In this document: piece by piece, positions 28,980-39,195 of the stretch | Layout: each line of letters starts with the position of its first letter | How positions within the stretch are numbered: the first letter of the stretch is position 1 | NCBI GenBank assembly: GCA_964291625.2 | Contig: OZ220089.1 | Span: 3,168,001 to 3,232,000 of the forward strand | Length of the DNA stretch: 64,000 bases | From: Candidatus Latescibacterota bacterium | GTDB lineage: Bacteria; Latescibacterota; UBA2968; UBA8231 | Direction of reading: 5' to 3' | Translations under genes and position numbers: made by a program | Notes under the pieces: model-generated | The model's input: only the letters and a program-made list of their open reading frames with translations | What the model was told of the DNA's origin: nothing | The model's database searches: none

Positions 28980-30029
28980 TCACCAGGTGTCGATGACGGT
29001 GAAGCCGACCGTGCCGAAGCCGGTCATCTCCGCCAGCACGCCGGCGGCGGCGTCGACGCTCACCGTGGAGCTCACCAGGCGCCGCGGCTCGAGCCGGCCC
29101 GAGGCGACCAGGGCCAGCAGGCCGGGATAGCCGGTGGTGGGACACCCGAGGCTGGTGACGAAGCTGATCTCATTGCGGATCATGTCGTCCACGGGCAGGG
29201 CCATGTGGCCCTCTTCCGCCTCCTCCTCCGGCGTCGACATGCCGATCTGCAGGTGACGGGCGCCCTTGCGCAGGCTGGCCAGACCGGGGAGGGCGGTCTT
29301 CGACGAGCCGAGGGCGTCGAGGCTGAGGTCGGCGCCGCCGCCGCTGAGATCGCGCACGGCTTCCGCGGCGTCGCAGTGGCGGGCGTCGACACCGGCGGCG
29401 GCTCCTTCCTCACGGGCGCGGTCGAGCTTGGCTTCGTCGATGTCCACGGCGATCACGCGGGCCCCCAGGGCGGAGGCGATCTGCACGGCCGAGAGCCCGA
29501 TGCCGCCGGCCCCGAAGACCGCCACCCACTCGCCGGGGGACAGCCGGGCGCGGTCGACCAGGCCGTGCCAGGCGGTCATGTAGCGGCATCCGAGGGCCGC
29601 GGCGCTGAGGAAGTCCACCTCTTCGGGCAGGCGCACGAGGTTGGCCTCGGCCGCCGGCACGCGCACGTAGCGGCCGTAGCCGCCGTCGAAGGTGATGCCG
29701 ATGACGCCGTTGGCCTTGCAGATGTTGGAGCGGCCGCCGTAGCAGTGACCGCAGCGGCCGCAGGCCATGTGGAAGGGCAGGGTCACGCGGTCGCCGGCGC
29801 CGAAGGAGCGGACCCCGGCGCCGACCTCCTCCACGACGCCGCCGAGCTCGTGGCCCAGCACCCGGGGCGGTTCCACCGAGGGCCAGTCGCCGCGCCAGGC
29901 GTGCCAGTCGCTGCGGCAGATCCCGCAGGCCTCGACGCGGACCACGGCGGATTCGGGGGTCGCCTCGGGCTCGGGCAGGTCGCGCACCCGCAGGGGGGCG
30001 CCGAATTCGGTCAGGACGGCGGCTCTCAT
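28980..30029 (-). CDS. zinc-dependent alcohol dehydrogenase family protein
   Basis: CGICRSD, GHE, CGRCGHC..C, GAGGIG. Confidence 0.92.
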   Translation of the reverse strand: MRAAVLTEFGAPLRVRDLPEPEATPESAVVRVEACGICRSDWHAWRGDWPSVEPPRVLGHELGGVVEEVGAGVRSFGAGDRVTLPFHMACGRCGHCYGGRSNICKANGVIGITFDGGYGRYVRVPAAEANLVRLPEEVDFLSAAALGCRYMTAWHGLVDRARLSPGEWVAVFGAGGIGLSAVQIASALGARVIAVDIDEAKLDRAREEGAAAGVDARHCDAAEAVRDLSGGGADLSLDALGSSKTALPGLASLRKGARHLQIGMSTPEEEAEEGHMALPVDDMIRNEISFVTSLGCPTTGYPGLLALVASGRLEPRRLVSSTVSVDAAAGVLAEMTGFGTVGFTVIDTW

Positions 30030-30115
30030 GGCGGCTAAGGATACCCGCCCCGCGGTGGGCCGCCAAGGAGACGACAGGATGGGCCGAAGGCGTTCGCCCC
30101 CGTGAAGCAAGCCCC

Positions 30116-31825
30116 ATGACCACTCTCGACTGGATCGTCGTCGCAGTCCTCAACGGCGGCATCGTCCTCTACAGCCTTGTCGCCTTCCGCCACAAGGGCG
30201 AGAGCTTCGACTGGTACCTGGCCGCCAAGTCGATGCCGTGGTGGGTGATCGGCCTCTCCGCCTTCGGCACCGCCGTCGACAGCGGCGACTACGTCGGCAT
30301 CGTGGGTGGCTCGTACACCCTCGGCCTGTCGCAGCTGTCGCAGTGGTGGCTGGGCATCGCCGTGGGGTGGATGGTCCTGGGCTTCTTCGTCATTGTGCCC
30401 ATGTACCGCTCCGGGGTGTTCACCAACGCCGAGTGGCTGGAGTTCCGCTTCGGGCCGGCGGCGCGGGTGATGGCGGTGCTGATCAACGTGCAGTCCCGCA
30501 CCAACGTCCTCGGGAACATCTACTACTCCATGTTCCTCGTCCTCAACGTCGTCGCCGGCCTGAGCCCGGGGACCTGCTGGATCGTCGTCGCCGCGGTGGC
30601 GTCGACCTCGGCCCTCTACCTCGTCCGCGGCGGCCTGCGCGCCGGCGTCCTCACCGACGCCCTGCAGAGCCTGACCATGATCGTCGCCTCCTTCGTCCTC
30701 TGGGGCTTCGTCTACTCCGCCGTGGGCGGCTGGGACGGCGTCGCCATGCGGCTGGAGGCGGTGGAGAGCGGGCTCTCCGACCGCCTGCTGCACGTCGGCG
30801 GCTACGGTCCCGAAGGCGTTCCGCCCGTCCTCGTCGTCTTCGGCTTCCTCGTGGTCCTCACCACGTACGTCCTCATCAACCAGTACGAGGCGATCCGCTT
30901 CCTCGGGGCCCGCTCCGAGTGGGACTTCAAGATGGCCGTCGTCGTCGCCAGCCTGGCCACCGCCGTCTGCCTGTTCTTCAACGTCACCCTCGGGCCGATG
31001 GCCCGGGCCGAGTTCCCCGGACTGGAGATCGTCGACGAGGCCTATCCGCGGATGATCGTCGAGTACCTGCCCGCCGGTCTCGTGGGCCTGGTGGTGGCGG
31101 GGCTCGTGGCCGCGGCCTACTCGACCTTCGACTCCATCGGCATCGGCATCTCCTCCCTCTTCGTGCGCGACATCTACGCCCGGTTCCTGGTGCGCCGGGG
31201 CAGCGACGCCCACTACACGAAGGTGGGGCGCATCTCGGTGCCCTTCATCCTCGCCCTGGGGTTCGCCTACGTCCCCTTCCTGGAGGGGGGCATGCTCCTG
31301 TTCTACCTGCGCCTGGCCGGCGCCATCGCCGTGCCGCTGATGACGGTGATCCTCATGGGCGTCTTCACCAGGGTCCACCGGGAGACGGGGATCGTCGGCC
31401 TGGCCGTCGGTCTGCTCTACGGTGCCTCGGCGATCCTCGGCGAGGCCCGCGGCTGGCCCCTGCCGGTGTGGTACACCGACCTGTGGTGGGCCTACCTGTG
31501 GAACCTGGTCCTGCCCGCGGCCAGCATGTGGCTCGTGTCCAGGGGGATCGACGCCCGCCGGGGCCGGCTGACGCGGGAGGAGCTGCGGGGGCTCGTGTGG
31601 TCGCGGGAGGACGACGATCCGTCGGAGCTGAGGAGGTCGATGGCCGGCCGCCTTGCACGGCTCGAGGGCACCTGGCTGCACCGGACCCTGGCCCGGGCCC
31701 CGGTGCGGCCCCGCTACCCCTTCCCCGCGGGTCCCGGCGGACCGGTGTGGTACCGCCGTCCGGGTCTGTGGGCGGGAGCGTATCTCGCCGTCGCCGTCTA
31801 CCTGCTCTTCGTCGTCCTCTGGTAG
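30116..31825 (+). CDS. sodium:solute symporter family transporter
   Basis: Many TM helices; WYLAAKSMPWW, LEFRFG, GGLRAGVLTDALQ, GLVAAAYSTFDS. Confidence 0.9.
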   Translation: MTTLDWIVVAVLNGGIVLYSLVAFRHKGESFDWYLAAKSMPWWVIGLSAFGTAVDSGDYVGIVGGSYTLGLSQLSQWWLGIAVGWMVLGFFVIVPMYRSGVFTNAEWLEFRFGPAARVMAVLINVQSRTNVLGNIYYSMFLVLNVVAGLSPGTCWIVVAAVASTSALYLVRGGLRAGVLTDALQSLTMIVASFVLWGFVYSAVGGWDGVAMRLEAVESGLSDRLLHVGGYGPEGVPPVLVVFGFLVVLTTYVLINQYEAIRFLGARSEWDFKMAVVVASLATAVCLFFNVTLGPMARAEFPGLEIVDEAYPRMIVEYLPAGLVGLVVAGLVAAAYSTFDSIGIGISSLFVRDIYARFLVRRGSDAHYTKVGRISVPFILALGFAYVPFLEGGMLLFYLRLAGAIAVPLMTVILMGVFTRVHRETGIVGLAVGLLYGASAILGEARGWPLPVWYTDLWWAYLWNLVLPAASMWLVSRGIDARRGRLTREELRGLVWSREDDDPSELRRSMAGRLARLEGTWLHRTLARAPVRPRYPFPAGPGGPVWYRRPGLWAGAYLAVAVYLLFVVLW

Positions 31826-31853
31826 GGAAGGGCCGCCGGCGCCCGCGGCTCCC

Positions 31854-34800
31854 TCACCCGAAGGAGTGGGCGGCCATGCGGCCGTCGTCGAGGACGCAGA
31901 CCAGGTGCCGGCCGGCGGCCGTCAACCGCCGGACCTCGCCTCCCGTCCACAGCTCGCCCGTCACCTCGGCGTCCGCGTTCACCCGCAGCAGGCGGCCCCC
32001 CTCCGCGGCGAGGACGAGGTCGTCCTCCAGCCTCGTCGACGCGCGGACCCACTCGCACGGATGCGAGTGGCGGCGCAGGGTCCCGTCGGGGTCCAGGCCG
32101 TAGAGATCGCCGAAGCCGCTGGCCGCCACCACGCCGCCGGGCAGGACCTCGAGGGCCATCACCTCTCCGACGATGTTCAACTGCCAGAGCTCGGCTCCGG
32201 CCCGCGGCTCGACGGCGAAGAGCCAGCCGTCCTCGGTGCCGTAGACGATCTCGCGGACCCCGTCGCCGTCCAGGTCCGAGAGGCGCATCCGCGTCAGGTG
32301 GATCCCGCGCCGGGGCGTGGTGGCGTTGCCCTCGGAGCCGACCTGCTCGAGGGTGGACCAGCGGAAGGCGCCGTCATAGTCGTGGACGGTGAGCGGCGTC
32401 GAGTAGGTGGTCCCCACGATCACCTCGGCGCGGCCGTCGCCGTCGACGTCGTCCGCCTCGAGGGCGGTGATGACGTGGTAGCGGACCCAGCGGGCCCACT
32501 TCGGCGAGCCCCCGGGGGTGAAGACGTTGACGAACCAGCCCGCCGTGCCGGCGAGGACGCTGGTCTCGCCCCCGCCTTCGAGATCCGCCACGGCCAGGGC
32601 GGTCACCGGCGACACCGAGCCGTAGAGGTTCTTCAGCGGCCGCCGCCAGCGCTCCCGGCCGCTGCCGCCGTCGAGGACGATCAGCTCCGACGCGGCCGAG
32701 CCGACCAGGGCCTCCGGGGCCCCGTCGGCGTCGATGTCCGCCCACAGCAGGGACGAGGCCGGGGAGTCCAGGCGCACCCGCCAGACCTCGTCGCCGCTGC
32801 CGGCATCCAGCTTCACCACGTCGCCGCTGTCGCCGCCGGCGAGCAGATGGGGCGCTTCCCGGGAGACGGCCGCCGCCACGGGGCCGAGGGCGCCGGCTTC
32901 GAGGCGGCGCTCCCAGCGGGGCGGGGCGACGCGGAACTCCCGGACGGGAGCCGGCGCTTCCGGGGGGTCAGCCGGCCGGGTCGAGGCCGCGGTGGCGGGA
33001 GTCGTCCCCGTCTCCACCACGGGACGGCCGTCCTCGAGAGTCACCGTGACCTGCTCGGCGCCGTCCCGGATGCGCAGCGCGCCGGGGTCCGGGGACTCGA
33101 CCTCGATCCCGTCGTGCGGGGTGAAGACGTGAAGGAAGAGGATCGAGTCCCCGGCCCGCAGCCGGCGGTGGACCTTCCGGTGCACCACGTGCAGGGGCCC
33201 GCGGTGATGGGGATAGCCGCCCCAGGGGCCGCCGGGGTCCTCCACGATCTCCGCCTCGGAGTCGTCGGCGCAGAGGAGGAACAACTCCTCGTCCCCCTGG
33301 CGCAGGCGCAGGCGCCCCGGGCCGCCGTCCACCTCCCCCACGACCCGCCACAGGCAGCGGCAGCGGTAGTCGCCCGGCTCCCGGCAGAGCAGCTCGTCCA
33401 CCACGGCGAGGCAGCGCCCCTTGCGCCAGACCAGGCTGCGCCGCCAGTCGAGGCCGTCGTACCCGGCGGCCTCGCTCTGCACGATCCCCAGGTCCCCCTC
33501 GTCGCGCTCGATGGTGAGGCGCGCCAGGGGCGGGATGACGACGCCGTCGCCGGGCGGGTCCAGGACGCCGGCGCCGTCCCGCAGGACGGTGACGCTGTTG
33601 TGGAACCGCGGCGCCGCGCGGATGTAGTCGCCGTCGGCGAGCCAGGCCCGGTTCCGCCAGGTCAGGCGCAGGATGGCGTTCGTGTCCTCGTGTCCGTGGC
33701 AGAAGGTGCCCACGCCTTCGAGGAGCGCGTACTCGTCGCCGGGCGCGAAGCCCGCACGGAGGCTGAGCTTGTCGAAGTAGCGTCCGCCCGGGTCGGGCCG
33801 GTATCCCTCGGGCACCGAAGCCTCCACCCAGCGCCGGGCGGACTCAGGCAGGTCCAGCGCCGTGACGCCGAGAAGCTCCTCCGGCAGCCGGGGCTCGACT
33901 CCTTCGAGGGTGAATCCCTCCTCCGTGGCCTCGACGCTGGCGCGCCAGCTCTCCATTCCGTGGTTCAGGTTCGGGCGCTTGCCCTCTCCGAGCCAGTTGA
34001 GCAGCCACAGGTGGCCGGGGTCCCGGGTGCGCCAGAGGGAGGCCAGCAGCGGCCACAGGTGAAGGCGCCAGCCGCCGCGCTCGAAGGCCGAGAAGCCGCT
34101 GCTGTCGCCGTACCCGACCTCGCTGCGCAGGTTGTCGGTGGTGACCGCCGCGAGCCGGCAGAGATCGGCCACGGGACCCCCGTCCACGAAGCGGTAGTCG
34201 CCGCGGGCGAGCAGGTAGTCGTTGGTGTGGCGCGGCGTCAGCCAGACGTAGCCGACGCCGGCGTCGTCGTTCGGCTTGTACCCGGAGGCCTGGCCCTCGA
34301 AGATGCGCTCCACCCGCCGGGCCGCGGCGGCAAACTCGGTGATGCCGTGGCGGCGGGAGAGGTAGTCGTGCCCCGCCGCCAGGTTGAGGCCGATGAAGGT
34401 CACGTGGTTCTGCCGGGGCAGGCCGTCGGGATTGACCTCCTCCCGCAGGTAGAACAGGCCGGCCAGGTGGCGCAGCAGCTCGACGAACATCTCCACCACC
34501 GCCTGCCGCTCGGCGGGCTGGTAGACCGGGTCGTCCTCGACCAGCTCCCACAGGTGGATGAGCTGGTCGAGGTGGAAGAAGTCGTGGTACTCCTCGGGAT
34601 GGCGGAGGCGCTGCTCGCGCCAGGGCTCCAGGGAGCCGCAGAAGACCGGCGCCGCCAGCCGGCCCCAGGTCTCGCGGCCGCTGAGGTAGTGGTTCCAGAG
34701 CCAGGACTGCAGGCGGCCGCCGCGGAAGGGCGAGGCCACCCAGCCGCCGTCCCAGAGGGCCAGGTCGCGTTGCACCAGCTCCTCGATCTCGGAGTCGGCC

Positions 34801-35234
34801 GGCGGCTCGGGGAGGCCCGGCAGCCGCCGCGCGGAGACGCGGCCCAGGCGGCCGCCGCTTGCCTCGACGAGGCGGGTCAGCTCCTCGACGGTCGCGGCCA
34901 ACCCGGCCTCGCCGCTGGCCCCGGCGACGACGGCGTTGCGGCCGTGGCCCAGGGGATCGCGGAGCGACGTCAGGAGATAGTTGTCGCCGCCGGGGAAGAG
35001 GGTGTCGGCGATGCAGCGCCGGGCGTTGTAGAGCCGCGTCACGGCGGCGTTGTCCGCCATGTGTCCGCAGGCGATGACGTGGTGGTCGCGGAAGAGGGCC
35101 TCGTCGAACCCGCCGTGGGGGAGCAGAGGGGCGCCGCAGGCGTCGGCCAGCCGTTGGCCTTCGGGCGTCTCCTCCAGACCGTCGGGCACGACGACGACGG
35201 CGGGATCGCTCAGATCGATGAGGTGGTCGGCCAT
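31854..35234 (-). CDS. large heparinase II/III-like protein with C-terminal FG-GAP/PQQ-type beta-propeller
   Basis: HGHED and FHNSV motifs after a helical region; repeats ADIDADG, ADLEGGG, DVDGDG, DLDGDG and ..ERWR/ELWQ. Confidence 0.6.
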   Translation of the reverse strand: MADHLIDLSDPAVVVVPDGLEETPEGQRLADACGAPLLPHGGFDEALFRDHHVIACGHMADNAAVTRLYNARRCIADTLFPGGDNYLLTSLRDPLGHGRNAVVAGASGEAGLAATVEELTRLVEASGGRLGRVSARRLPGLPEPPADSEIEELVQRDLALWDGGWVASPFRGGRLQSWLWNHYLSGRETWGRLAAPVFCGSLEPWREQRLRHPEEYHDFFHLDQLIHLWELVEDDPVYQPAERQAVVEMFVELLRHLAGLFYLREEVNPDGLPRQNHVTFIGLNLAAGHDYLSRRHGITEFAAAARRVERIFEGQASGYKPNDDAGVGYVWLTPRHTNDYLLARGDYRFVDGGPVADLCRLAAVTTDNLRSEVGYGDSSGFSAFERGGWRLHLWPLLASLWRTRDPGHLWLLNWLGEGKRPNLNHGMESWRASVEATEEGFTLEGVEPRLPEELLGVTALDLPESARRWVEASVPEGYRPDPGGRYFDKLSLRAGFAPGDEYALLEGVGTFCHGHEDTNAILRLTWRNRAWLADGDYIRAAPRFHNSVTVLRDGAGVLDPPGDGVVIPPLARLTIERDEGDLGIVQSEAAGYDGLDWRRSLVWRKGRCLAVVDELLCREPGDYRCRCLWRVVGEVDGGPGRLRLRQGDEELFLLCADDSEAEIVEDPGGPWGGYPHHRGPLHVVHRKVHRRLRAGDSILFLHVFTPHDGIEVESPDPGALRIRDGAEQVTVTLEDGRPVVETGTTPATAASTRPADPPEAPAPVREFRVAPPRWERRLEAGALGPVAAAVSREAPHLLAGGDSGDVVKLDAGSGDEVWRVRLDSPASSLLWADIDADGAPEALVGSAASELIVLDGGSGRERWRRPLKNLYGSVSPVTALAVADLEGGGETSVLAGTAGWFVNVFTPGGSPKWARWVRYHVITALEADDVDGDGRAEVIVGTTYSTPLTVHDYDGAFRWSTLEQVGSEGNATTPRRGIHLTRMRLSDLDGDGVREIVYGTEDGWLFAVEPRAGAELWQLNIVGEVMALEVLPGGVVAASGFGDLYGLDPDGTLRRHSHPCEWVRASTRLEDDLVLAAEGGRLLRVNADAEVTGELWTGGEVRRLTAAGRHLVCVLDDGRMAAHSFG

Positions 35235-35238
35235 GGCT

Positions 35239-36195
35239 TCATCCCACCTTCGGCAGAGCTTCTTTCAGGGCCCTGATGCCTTCCTCGGTGGTGCCATCGG
35301 CCGTCACGTCGATCCACGTGAGCTGCTCCAGCCGCCGCAGCAGGGTCAGCCCCGCGTCGGTGATCGACGTGTGTCCCAGGTCGAGGCCGGTGAGCGTCGG
35401 CGTCTGCTCCCACAGGGGGACGAGCTCCTCCAGGGCCCGGTTGTCGATGTTGCGGTTTCCCCAGATGACGATCGTCACCAGCGGCAGGCCGTGCAGGTGG
35501 GCCACGCCTCGCCAGGTCACGCCCGGCGGGATGAACATGTTGGTCAGGCGCGCGCACCCGGCCATGTGGGCCATGCCGCCGTCGGTGATGTGATCGCCCT
35601 GGAGACGGATCTGCAACAGCGACTCCCAACCCCCGAAGACCTCCATGCTGGCGTCGGTCAGCAGGGGCGAGGGGCAGAAGAAGGTCTCGAGCTTCTCCAG
35701 GCTCGCCAGATGGGAGATGCCCTCGTCGGTGATCGCGTCGATGCGGTGCAGGTCGAGATGGCGCAGCTCCGACATCTGCCCGAGCCACCGCAGGCCCTCG
35801 TCGCCGAGGGCCACACCGATGAGGCTGACCCAGCCAAGGCCCTGCAGCCTCGACAGGCGGCGGCAGTCCTCGTCGGTCCAGACGACGGAGTTGCGGTAGC
35901 GGTCGGTGGCGACCTGCTGAAGGTCGTCCGGCTCCAGGAGGCCGAGTCCCTCGCCGAGCCCTTCGACACCCTCGGCGAGGGCGAGGCGCACCTCCTTGCC
36001 AGCGGGAATGGCGACCGCCCCCCAGGCCTCGGCCAGACGCTCGAAGCCGAGGTCGGACCAGCGGCCGTAGAAACCGCCGGTCACGGGGGTGCCCCAGTCG
36101 CGCACGACGATCTCGCCGTACGAGCGGTCCTCCGGGAAGCGGATCACCCTCGCTCCCGGGGCGGGGGGCTGCGTGGGGGTGTAGGGGGTGTGCAC
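35239..36195 (-). CDS. leucine-rich repeat (RNI-like) protein
   Basis: Repeats LRHLDL..ITDEGISHL, ITDGGMAHM, LDLGHTSITDAGL; RBS AAAGGA. Confidence 0.8.
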   Translation of the reverse strand: MHTPYTPTQPPAPGARVIRFPEDRSYGEIVVRDWGTPVTGGFYGRWSDLGFERLAEAWGAVAIPAGKEVRLALAEGVEGLGEGLGLLEPDDLQQVATDRYRNSVVWTDEDCRRLSRLQGLGWVSLIGVALGDEGLRWLGQMSELRHLDLHRIDAITDEGISHLASLEKLETFFCPSPLLTDASMEVFGGWESLLQIRLQGDHITDGGMAHMAGCARLTNMFIPPGVTWRGVAHLHGLPLVTIVIWGNRNIDNRALEELVPLWEQTPTLTGLDLGHTSITDAGLTLLRRLEQLTWIDVTADGTTEEGIRALKEALPKVG

Positions 36196-36407
36196 GGGGA
36201 GTCCTTTCTGGGCGCCGATGGCCCTGGTGCGTCAGCAGGCCGCTGCGCGTAACCGGATGGGGGGGCATGAAGCTCAGGCCTGGATCAGAGGCGATCAAGC
36301 AGGGGGCCGGGTGGTAGATCCGGCACTCCTGGCGGAAGCCTGGCCATCGGGCGGTCTCCCGTTCCCGGCTATATTGAGGACACTCTCGGCACCAGGGAGC
36401 AACACGC

Positions 36408-36941
36408 GTGGCACGGGAAGAGCACGTCTCCCTCATCAAGAGCGGCACGGAGACCTGGAACCAATGGCGGCGGGACAGTCCCGGGGTGCGGCCCGACCTG
36501 TACTCGGCCGACCTCAGAGGCCTCGACGGCACCGGCATGGACCTGTCGGGAGCCTGTCTCTCGGTGGCCATCCTCGACAGCGCCGACTTCACCGGGGCGA
36601 GTCTGCGGCAGGCCGACATCAGCAGCGCCAACCTGACGGAGGCCGTCCTGGCTCGCGCCGATCTGCACGGCGCCGACGGCCGCGGCACCAATCTCAGCCG
36701 GGCCGATCTGAGGGGGGCCGACCTGGGGGGCGTGGACCTGCGTAGCGCTCTACTGGTAGGCGCCGACCTCGACGAGGCGGATCTGTCCGGCGCCAATCTG
36801 AGCAGCACCCTCCTGCAGAAGGCGCGGCACCTGGAGATCGCCCAGCTCGCCGGCGCCCGCACCCTTTGGCTGGCCGAGCTGGGCGAGCGTCTGGATCTGG
36901 CGCGGCAACACTGTCCTCACCTGCTGGAGCGCCCGGCCTGA
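36408..36941 (+). CDS. pentapeptide repeat protein
   Basis: WNQWR followed by A(D/N)LxxADL repeats. Confidence 0.9.
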   Translation: MAREEHVSLIKSGTETWNQWRRDSPGVRPDLYSADLRGLDGTGMDLSGACLSVAILDSADFTGASLRQADISSANLTEAVLARADLHGADGRGTNLSRADLRGADLGGVDLRSALLVGADLDEADLSGANLSSTLLQKARHLEIAQLAGARTLWLAELGERLDLARQHCPHLLERPA

Positions 36942-36955
36942 TTCCGAAGGGGCCC

Positions 36956-38414
36956 TCACTCGAGCCAGAAGGCGTATAGCCGGGCCTTGCGCAGGTGGAA
37001 GCGCAGGCGCACGGGTACTTCGGCAGATCCAGCCGCCGTCTCCTGCCCCCACGTGACGGCTTCGCGCAGGTGATCTCCTCGCAGGGGCCGGCACTCGGCG
37101 GCCGACCGGCCGGGCCGGGGGGCATGGCCCTCGGCGTCCACCATTTCCACGAGTATCTCGCCTTCGCCGGTATCGGCGTTCACGTACAGTCTGTCGCCGC
37201 TCCACAGGAAAGGCGCGGTGAGCAGCTCTCCCTCCGTAGAGGCGTCGAGGGAGACGAAGCCGTCCAGCCGCAGTCGGGCCAGACAGATGGCCGCGCTTTC
37301 CTCCCAGAAGGCATCGTTGTAGATGGCGGGATCGAGGCCGGCGAACAGGTTCCGGTGTCCGCGAAAGCGGTAGGCGTTGTAGTAGATCCAGATCTCCTGC
37401 CCGCGCACGATGGGGGGGCCGCACAGAGCTACCTGGGCATTGCCGAAGTTGGCGCCGCCCTCCCAGGGTTCCACGCCGACGAAGACGGCGCGGTCGGCCA
37501 CCCGGTGCCAGTGGCGGGCGTCCCTCGACACGGCCAGTTCCACCTGGTTGAGGCCGGTGTGGTTGGTCTGCTCCGGATCGGTGCCGGAGGGATTGAAGAG
37601 CAGGGGGAAGCCGATGTACAGACCCTCGTAGGTCATGACCGGCAGCATGTAGAGCTGGGCGAGGTACTCCCGGCCGTCGACGACCGGAGGAGAGAGGTAG
37701 GCCGGATCGTCCACGACCTCCTGGATCCGGCGCGCCACGGTTCTCCTGGTCGATCTCGTCGGTGTGGAGGATGAGCACCGGGTCGGTCCAGTGGACGAAG
37801 TCGGGGCTGGTCGCCAGCCAGGCCGAGCGGCCCCACTCGGTGCGGTGCTTCACCGTGGCCAGGTAGCCCTGGCCCAGGTCGTCGCGGATGAGCTGGGAGG
37901 TATCCTGACTGGGGATGGGGGGGACATCGGGAAAGGTCCACTGAAGACCGTCGGGTGACACTCCGGGACAACGGTTCATGTGGTCGGTGTCGCTGAAGAA
38001 GGCCTTGTAGCGGCGCCGGGGATCGTCGTCGCCCTCGTCGCGGATGACGTGATACAGGGAGCGCTCCGGCGACCGGTAGGCGATGTTGTTGGCCGTGGAG
38101 CCGTCCCACTCGTACAGCCCGAGGCCGGGCTGTTCCCAGTGCCGGCCGTCCGCCGAGGCGGCGTAGAGGCAGAGGGCGTCCTCGGCGTAGGCGGGATAGC
38201 CCCTGTACCACCACTCCCAAATGGACTCTTCCGGATTCCACTGGGGCACGCTGGCGCTCTGCACGTGCTTCTCTCCCCGGGAGCGGTCCGCTCGCAGGAC
38301 GGGCCCGCAGCGCTCGGGCCGGTGCAGCACCCGGTGAAGGCCGGACATCGCCTCGACGGCGCCGTCGTCCAGGAAGAGCTGCTTGTGCCGGTGGGGATGA
38401 ATGAGGTCAGGCAT
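36956..38414 (-). pseudogene. beta-propeller glycoside-hydrolase-like protein (GH32/43-like), split by a single frameshift near 37738
   Basis: N-half KQLFLDD, Asp-box-like SADGRHW/SPDGLQW/SPDFVHW; C-half SRDARHW, LRLDGFVSL continues in a different frame. Confidence 0.7.
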
Positions 38415-39174
38415 GCGCCGTCACGACTGGCTGGAAATAGCCGGAAGTCTCAGGCGAATGCCAGGAGACTCCGCGGAATCCGGTGGCTTCCAGGGCCAGG
38501 GCGAGCTCCTGCCGCCGAAGCGCCCGGTACCGGGTCCTGTGCTCCCTCACCTGCCATCCTCCCGGCGTCTGCCGCATGAGGAACAGGCGAACCGAGTAGA
38601 CGTCGGATCCCTGGGCCCAGTCCCACAACTGAAACGTGATCACCTCCCGCGAAGGGGAGTGGAGTCTGGGGGGACCACTGGTCGATGGCCGGTCCGCGAG
38701 CAGCTTGTCGTAATCGCGAATGCTCGCAACGAAGAGCCCATCAGCGGTCAGTCTCCGCCGGATGCTCCGGAGGGCGAGAGTCAGGTCTTCCTCGGTCAAC
38801 AGGTGCGGCAGGGAGTTGTCGCAGCTGATTACCGTATCGAAGGTCTGGCTGAATGTGTGCTCCAGCGTCCGCACATCGGCCTGCGCAAAGGGTATCTCCA
38901 GTCCTCGGGTGGCCGCTTCCGACCTCGCCCTGGCAATCGCCTTCGGACTGAGGTCGGAGGCGAAGACCTCGTATCCCCGCTGCGCCAGGCCGATGGCCTG
39001 TGTGCCGATTCCACATGAGCAGTCGAGGAGACGAGAGGTATCGGCTGACGACTCGTGTTGGATCAACTCATCCAGTGCCGCGGACTGCCGCTGGATCGCC
39101 GATTCCCAGCTCTCGTAGATGAGGTGGTACCCGTCAGCCAGGTCGTCGTAGAAGCTCCTGACGGCTTCACTCAA
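38407..39174 (-). CDS. class I SAM-dependent methyltransferase (glycine/sarcosine N-methyltransferase-like)
   Basis: FYDDLA, LLDCSCGIG, DNSLPHL; TTG start; more AT-rich. Confidence 0.85.
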   Translation of the reverse strand: MSEAVRSFYDDLADGYHLIYESWESAIQRQSAALDELIQHESSADTSRLLDCSCGIGTQAIGLAQRGYEVFASDLSPKAIARARSEAATRGLEIPFAQADVRTLEHTFSQTFDTVISCDNSLPHLLTEEDLTLALRSIRRRLTADGLFVASIRDYDKLLADRPSTSGPPRLHSPSREVITFQLWDWAQGSDVYSVRLFLMRQTPGGWQVREHRTRYRALRRQELALALEATGFRGVSWHSPETSGYFQPVVTAHA

Positions 39175-39195
39175 GGCCGGTGAATCCCCTCGGAC

